Assembly (NCBI GenBank): GCA_041180765.1
Contig: JBEGQU010000055.1
Location: forward strand, 1-34,836
Direction of reading: 5' to 3'
DNA from: Chloroflexota bacterium
GTDB taxonomy: Bacteria; Chloroflexota; Limnocylindria; Limnocylindrales; Limnocylindraceae
Length of the DNA stretch: 34,836 nt
Shown: positions 30,426 through 34,836 of the stretch, piece by piece
Layout of the letters: each line of letters opens with the position of its first letter
Numbering within the stretch: position 1 is the stretch's first letter
Position numbers and translations under genes: made by a program
Notes under the pieces: generated by a model
What the model saw: the letters and a program-made list of their open reading frames with translations, nothing else
Database searches by the model: none
What the model was told of the DNA's origin: nothing

Positions 30426-30713
<288 letters not shown>

Positions 30714-30723
30714 TCGGGGCGCC

Positions 30724-31587
30724 TTGAGCGCCGTCGTCCCCTTCTATTGCTCCTGGTGCGGCGCGGCCGTCGCGCCCGCCGACGACGCCCTCGAGCGCTG
30801 GACCCTGCTCTGTTCCGCCTGCCTCGCCCGGGCGCCGGAGCAGCCGTACCTGCGGGCGAAGCTCCGCGAGGGGTTGCGTCGCCGCGGGGCGGGCGACGAG
30901 CCGCCGGTCGGCATCCCGCTCTCCACGCGTCCGCCGGCCGTCCGCGGCGGGCTGCCCGATGCGGCGGTCGAACCCGCAGCACCCGGTGCGGTGCCGGCGC
31001 GGCTCGGCCTGCTGCCGCCGCCGCAGGAGCCCGACGCCCTCGAAGCGTGGTACCTGAACCGTGCACCCTACGACCGCGGGCCGCTCGCGGGCGCGACCTG
31101 GCAGGGAGAGCTCGATCGCGCGGTGCTCTGGCTCGATGCCCTGCCGTTCAGCGGGCGCATCGTCGAGCTCGGTGCGGCGATCGGCTTCTGGACGGTGCTG
31201 CTTGCCTCGCGCGGCGAGGTGTCGGCCTACGATGCGCGCGAAGATCGCCTCGAGCGCGCCCGGCGCCGCCTCGTCGCGCACGGGTTGACCGCGCACCTGC
31301 ACCCGCGGGCGATCGATGCCGCGCCGGAGGGGGCGCCCGCCGGGTTCGTGGTGCTGCCGTTCGTGTTGAGCCAGCTCGCCCCGGATCCCCGGCGACGGCA
31401 GGTCGCCGCGGCCCGCGACTGGCTGGCGCCCGGCGGGCGTCTTGCGGTGATCGACCTCGCGCCGCCGGCGCTCGACCCCTCGACCCTGGACCAGGCGCTC
31501 GGCGAGATGCTCGGCGGCGAGTTCGTGGAGCGGCGGGTGGAGCCGCTCGGGCGGCACCTGGTCGTGATCGACGCCCTCGCGCGCTAG
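30724..31587 (+). CDS. class I SAM-dependent methyltransferase with N-terminal CxxC...CxxC zinc-ribbon
   Basis: 287 aa. CSWC...CSAC at the N-terminus, motif I IVELGAAIGFWT, and LAPGGRLAVID. A TTG start 10 nt after the ferredoxin stop is the only available start. Confidence 0.6.
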   Translation: MSAVVPFYCSWCGAAVAPADDALERWTLLCSACLARAPEQPYLRAKLREGLRRRGAGDEPPVGIPLSTRPPAVRGGLPDAAVEPAAPGAVPARLGLLPPPQEPDALEAWYLNRAPYDRGPLAGATWQGELDRAVLWLDALPFSGRIVELGAAIGFWTVLLASRGEVSAYDAREDRLERARRRLVAHGLTAHLHPRAIDAAPEGAPAGFVVLPFVLSQLAPDPRRRQVAAARDWLAPGGRLAVIDLAPPALDPSTLDQALGEMLGGEFVERRVEPLGRHLVVIDALAR

Positions 31588-31614
31588 GTCCCGGCGCCCT
31601 GCGGCGCGCGAGCC

Positions 31615-32037
31615 TCAGGGGTGCAGGGTGTGCGAGTCGAGGAGCAGGTTGAGGAGGGCGGCGAGCGAGCCCCCGTCGAGCGCCGCAGGACGCACCGTCG
31701 CCCCGTCGCCGATCGTGACGCCGACGATCGGGTCATCGGCGTTCGAGCCCGGGGTGACGCCGCGGGCGGCGGCCGCGGCGAGCTCGGCCATCTGGTCCAC
31801 CGGGACGACGAGCCGCTCCTCGTGCGAGCCGTGCTGCATGGTCGTCCGCCCGTCGGGGTAGATCTTGCCGATCTCTTCGTAGCCGTTCGACCAGCTGCGG
31901 GTGATGGTGTAGGCCGGGGTGCCGGTCGGCGCGTTGGTGCCGGCACAGGCGCCGAGCAGCGTGCCGAGCAGCGCGCCGACCAGCAGGGCAGCGGCCACGG
32001 TCCGTGCGACGATGCGGGGGCGGTGCGATCGGTCCAT
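31615..32037 (-). CDS. hypothetical lipoprotein
   Basis: 140 aa. Signal peptide with lipobox LLGAC. ATG preceded by TAGAAT-N6. Confidence 0.65.
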   Translation of the reverse strand: MDRSHRPRIVARTVAAALLVGALLGTLLGACAGTNAPTGTPAYTITRSWSNGYEEIGKIYPDGRTTMQHGSHEERLVVPVDQMAELAAAAARGVTPGSNADDPIVGVTIGDGATVRPAALDGGSLAALLNLLLDSHTLHP

Positions 32038-32043
32038 GGGGCC

Positions 32044-32049
32044 ATTCTA
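32044..32049 (-). promoter_or_regulatory. putative -10, TAGAAT-N6-ATG(32037)
   Basis: Near-consensus hexamer with no SD. Part of the inverted pair ccattct / agaatgg. Confidence 0.45.
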
Positions 32050-32077
32050 CCGCGCTGCGCACTTCGGCTCACTGCGA

Positions 32078-32083
32078 GAGAAT
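32078..32083 (+). promoter_or_regulatory. putative -10, GAGAAT-N6-ATG(32090)
   Basis: Same hexamer and spacing as at 26650..26655 (GAGAAT gggtgc ATG versus GAGAAT gggggc ATG). Confidence 0.4.
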
Positions 32084-32089
32084 GGGTGC

Positions 32090-32767
32090 ATGCACGAGAC
32101 GGACCGGGCACACCTGCGCATCCTGGAGGCGCAGCTGGGACGCATGCGCGGCATGCTCTACGGCTACTCGGCGCTCTTCTTCCGCCAGATCACGATCTGG
32201 ACGCTCCTCTGCATCGGGCTACTCGCCCTCTCGGCGGTCGACGGCCTCGCCGCGCTCGCGGCGATCGTCCCGTTCGTCGTGCCGTTCGCCTTCCTCGAGG
32301 CGGGCTACTCCTTCTACTACACGCTCTTCGCCCGGCGACACGCCGAGTTCCTCGAGCGCGCGATCAACGCACGGCTGGGCCGCGAGGCGCTCGTCGCCCA
32401 TCGCCTGGAGGCCGCCTACTTCTATCCGCCGGAGGCGCCGAAGCTCGCGTTCCTCAGCTTCGGCAGGCCCGCGGCGTTCACCGGCGCGATGACCCTCGCC
32501 TACACCGTCGGCTCGCTCCTCCTCTGGGGGGCCGGGATGCAGCTCGCCCTCGAGCGCGTGGCGGCGGGGGAGCTGCCGCCGATCGTGCCCGCCCTCGCGG
32601 TCGCCTGGACCCTCGCGCTCGACGCCTACCTCGCCTGGCACTTCCTCTCCCGCCGCGACGAGGAGCGCCTCCTCGCCGAGCTGCGGGCCTCCTACGGGGA
32701 TGCGGTAGGCTCAGCCCGACGCGCCGGGCGCCCCCGCTCGGCGCCCCCGCGAGGCAAGGAGCGATAG
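32090..32767 (+). CDS. hypothetical membrane protein (about 4 TM) leading the kor operon
   Basis: Internal ATG of the 31919..32767 ORF. 225 aa with hydrophobic helices. The stop lies 2 nt before the korA GTG. Confidence 0.65.
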   Translation: MHETDRAHLRILEAQLGRMRGMLYGYSALFFRQITIWTLLCIGLLALSAVDGLAALAAIVPFVVPFAFLEAGYSFYYTLFARRHAEFLERAINARLGREALVAHRLEAAYFYPPEAPKLAFLSFGRPAAFTGAMTLAYTVGSLLLWGAGMQLALERVAAGELPPIVPALAVAWTLALDAYLAWHFLSRRDEERLLAELRASYGDAVGSARRAGRPRSAPPRGKER

Positions 32768-32769
32768 GC

Positions 32770-34650
32770 GTGACGACCCCCACGACCGGCGACCAGCGCG
32801 CATCGGTCACCGAGCTCGACCGCGTCACGATCCGCTTCGCCGGCGACTCCGGCGACGGGATGCAGCTGACCGGCTCGCAGTTCACCGCCACCACCGCCCT
32901 CTTCGGCAACGACGTCTCGACCCTCCCCGATTACCCCGCGGAGATCCGCGCCCCGGCCGGCTCGCTCCCGGGCGTCTCGGGCTTCCAGATCAGCTTCTCG
33001 AGCGGCGACATCCACACCCCCGGCGACCGACCCGACGTCCTGGTGGCGATGAATCCCGCCGCGCTCAAGGTGAACCTGCGCGACCTCGTCCCGGGCGGCG
33101 GGATCATCGTCAACACCGACGCCTTCAACGACATCAACCTGCGCAAGGCCGGCTACGAGGCCGACCCGCTCAAGGACGGCTCGCTGAAGGGCTACAACCT
33201 CTATGAGATCCCGATGTCGACGCTCGTCGCCGGCGCCTGCGAGGGGCTGGGCCTCACGAGCAAGCAGGTCGAGCTGACGAAGAACTTCTTCGCGCTCGGC
33301 GTGATGTTCTGGCTCTACGAGCGCTCGATGGAGGCCACCGAGAAGTGGATTGCCGCGAAGTTCGCCGGCAAGGAGGCGATCGCCGAGGCGAACCGCCGCG
33401 CCCTCCACGCCGGCTATGCCTTCGGCGAGACGACCGAGCTCTTCCACACCCACTATCGCGTCGCCGCGGCGCACCTGCCGCCGGGCACCTACCGCAACAT
33501 CACGGGCAACGAGGCGACGGCGCTCGGCTTCGTCACGGCGTCGAGGCTGGCCGAGCGGGACCTCTTCCTCGCGAGCTACCCGATCACCCCGGCGTCGGAC
33601 ATCCTCCACCAGCTCTCGGGCTACAAGCACCTCGGCATCAAGACCGTGCAGTCGGAAGACGAGATCGCGGCGATCGGCGCGGCGGTCGGCGCCTCGTACG
33701 GCGGGGCGCTCGGCATGACCACCACCTCGGGCCCCGGCATGGCGCTCAAGGCCGAGATGCTCGGTCTCGCGGTGATGGTCGAGCTGCCGCTGGTCGTCGT
33801 CGACGTGCAGCGCGCCGGCCCGTCGACCGGGATGCCGACGAAGACCGAGCAGGGCGACCTGCTGATGAGCATGTTCGGGCGCAACTCCGACTCGCCGATC
33901 CCCGTCGTGGCCCCCGCGACCCCCGCCGAGTGCTTCACGATGGCGATCGAGGCCTGGCGCATCGCGCTCAAGCACATGACGCCGGTCGTCTACCTGTCGG
34001 ACGCCTTCCTCGCCACCGGCGCCGAGCCGTGGCTCATCCCGCAGGTCGACCAGCTCCCCTCGATCGCCGTGCCGAACGCACCGGCGCAGCCCGAGGGCGG
34101 CTTCCGGCCGTACCGGCGCGATCCGGAGACGCTCGCCCGCCCGTGGGCGGTCCCCGGCACCGTCGGCCTCGAGCACCGGGTCGGCGGCCTGGAGAAGCTC
34201 GATGAGCTGGGTACCGTCTCCTACGATCCCGACAACCACCACCGCATGAACCTGCTCCGTGCCGAGAAGGTCGCCCGCATCGCGCGCGACATCCCCGCCA
34301 CCGAGGTGTTCGGCGAGCGCGACGGCGAGCTGCTGATCCTCGGCTGGGGCTCCACGTACGGCTCGATCCGCTCGGCGGTCGAGCGGCTCCGCGAGCGCGG
34401 CCGCAGGGTGAGCCACGCCCACATCCGGCACGTCAACCCGCTGCCGAACGACCTCGCCGAGATCCTCGCCGGATTCGACAAGGTACTGATCCCCGAGCTC
34501 AACGCCGGGCAGCTGCGGATGCTCGTCCGCGCGAGATTCCTCGTCGATGCGATCGGCTTCAACCTCGTGCGCGGCAAGCCGTTCCAGATCGGCGAGCTCG
34601 AGGCGAAGGCCGAGTCGATCCTCGGCGAGAGCGTGGAGGGTGCGAAGTGA
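32770..34650 (+). CDS. korA: 2-oxoglutarate/2-oxoacid:ferredoxin oxidoreductase alpha subunit
   Basis: GTG start. [27 protein letters not shown] and YPITPASDI match the actinobacterial-type KorA pattern. The upstream 383 codons of the 31621 ORF overlap real genes. Confidence 0.9.
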   Translation: MTTPTTGDQRASVTELDRVTIRFAGDSGDGMQLTGSQFTATTALFGNDVSTLPDYPAEIRAPAGSLPGVSGFQISFSSGDIHTPGDRPDVLVAMNPAALKVNLRDLVPGGGIIVNTDAFNDINLRKAGYEADPLKDGSLKGYNLYEIPMSTLVAGACEGLGLTSKQVELTKNFFALGVMFWLYERSMEATEKWIAAKFAGKEAIAEANRRALHAGYAFGETTELFHTHYRVAAAHLPPGTYRNITGNEATALGFVTASRLAERDLFLASYPITPASDILHQLSGYKHLGIKTVQSEDEIAAIGAAVGASYGGALGMTTTSGPGMALKAEMLGLAVMVELPLVVVDVQRAGPSTGMPTKTEQGDLLMSMFGRNSDSPIPVVAPATPAECFTMAIEAWRIALKHMTPVVYLSDAFLATGAEPWLIPQVDQLPSIAVPNAPAQPEGGFRPYRRDPETLARPWAVPGTVGLEHRVGGLEKLDELGTVSYDPDNHHRMNLLRAEKVARIARDIPATEVFGERDGELLILGWGSTYGSIRSAVERLRERGRRVSHAHIRHVNPLPNDLAEILAGFDKVLIPELNAGQLRMLVRARFLVDAIGFNLVRGKPFQIGELEAKAESILGESVEGAK

Positions 34651-34836
34651 CGCAGGGCGAGCTCCCGGTGCTGACGAAGAAGGATTTCGAGTCCGACCAG
34701 GACCCGCGCTGGTGCCCGGGCTGCGGCGACTACTCGATCCTCGCCCAGACGCAGAAGACCATGCCCGACTTCGGGGTGCCGAAGGAGCGCTTCGTCTTCA
34801 TCTCGGGGATCGGCTGCTCCGGGCGGCTGCCGTACT
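34647..34836 (+). CDS. korB: 2-oxoacid:ferredoxin oxidoreductase beta subunit (5' part, runs off the window)
   Basis: The GTG overlaps the korA stop (GTGA). [12 protein letters not shown] and [12 protein letters not shown] match the TPP-binding beta subunit N-terminus. Confidence 0.85.
   Translation, partial: MTQGELPVLTKKDFESDQDPRWCPGCGDYSILAQTQKTMPDFGVPKERFVFISGIGCSGRLPY

Noticed and set aside
31621-32769. N-terminal 383-codon extension of the KorA ORF (the track gives 31621..34650).
   Set aside because: The extension overlaps the lipoprotein gene (minus strand) and the membrane-protein gene in another frame, and its translation is low-complexity. KorA homology begins at the GTG at 32770, right after the upstream stop.

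Overview
Very GC-rich chromosomal segment (well above 70% by eye, with strong GC3 bias). It is densely packed with about 38 CDS, 2 tRNAs and 1 TPP riboswitch. I see no transposase, integrase, prophage genes or CRISPR array. The lineage looks like a high-GC Gram-positive or actinobacterium-like organism, based on korAB, CtaF-like oxidase subunit modules and many leaderless-type promoters; I cannot place it further.

Layout:
- 104-6272: EamA exporter, polar amino-acid ABC transporter, DAO-type flavoprotein and an orphan Rieske oxygenase.
- 6351-11669: a second EamA exporter coupled to a RecB-like/DEDDy nuclease. This lies tail-to-tail (4 nt apart) with a bicistron encoding a WYL regulator and a SAMHD1-like HD dNTPase.
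- 11725-15295: a minus-strand array of a GATase/C26 hydrolase, a class V PLP enzyme, a GIDE-like membrane protein and a hypothetical protein.
- 15340-19967: HAD hydrolase, then a TPP-riboswitch thiamine salvage operon (TPK, YkoE, fused YkoD-YkoC, Bcp).
- 20078-26460: the most unusual block. It is a split cytochrome b6/subunit IV + Rieske complex headed by a translationally coupled GltD-like NAD(P)H flavoprotein. It ends with a cytochrome c-cupredoxin fusion and a membrane-anchored Kelch propeller.
- 26500-30713: tRNA-Lys, DUF2203, tRNA-fMet, TlpA, a duplicated CtaF-like module fused to a paralogous cupredoxin, a 54-aa membrane protein, CtaG, a YHS protein and a ferredoxin.
- 30724-34836: methyltransferase, lipoprotein, membrane protein, korA and the 5' end of korB.

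Two patterns recur across the window. Start/stop overlaps (ATGA, GTGA, TGATG) are pervasive. A TAnnnT-N6-start geometry recurs and helped refine several start codons. All functional calls rest on motif reading of the translated ORFs; no database search was run.
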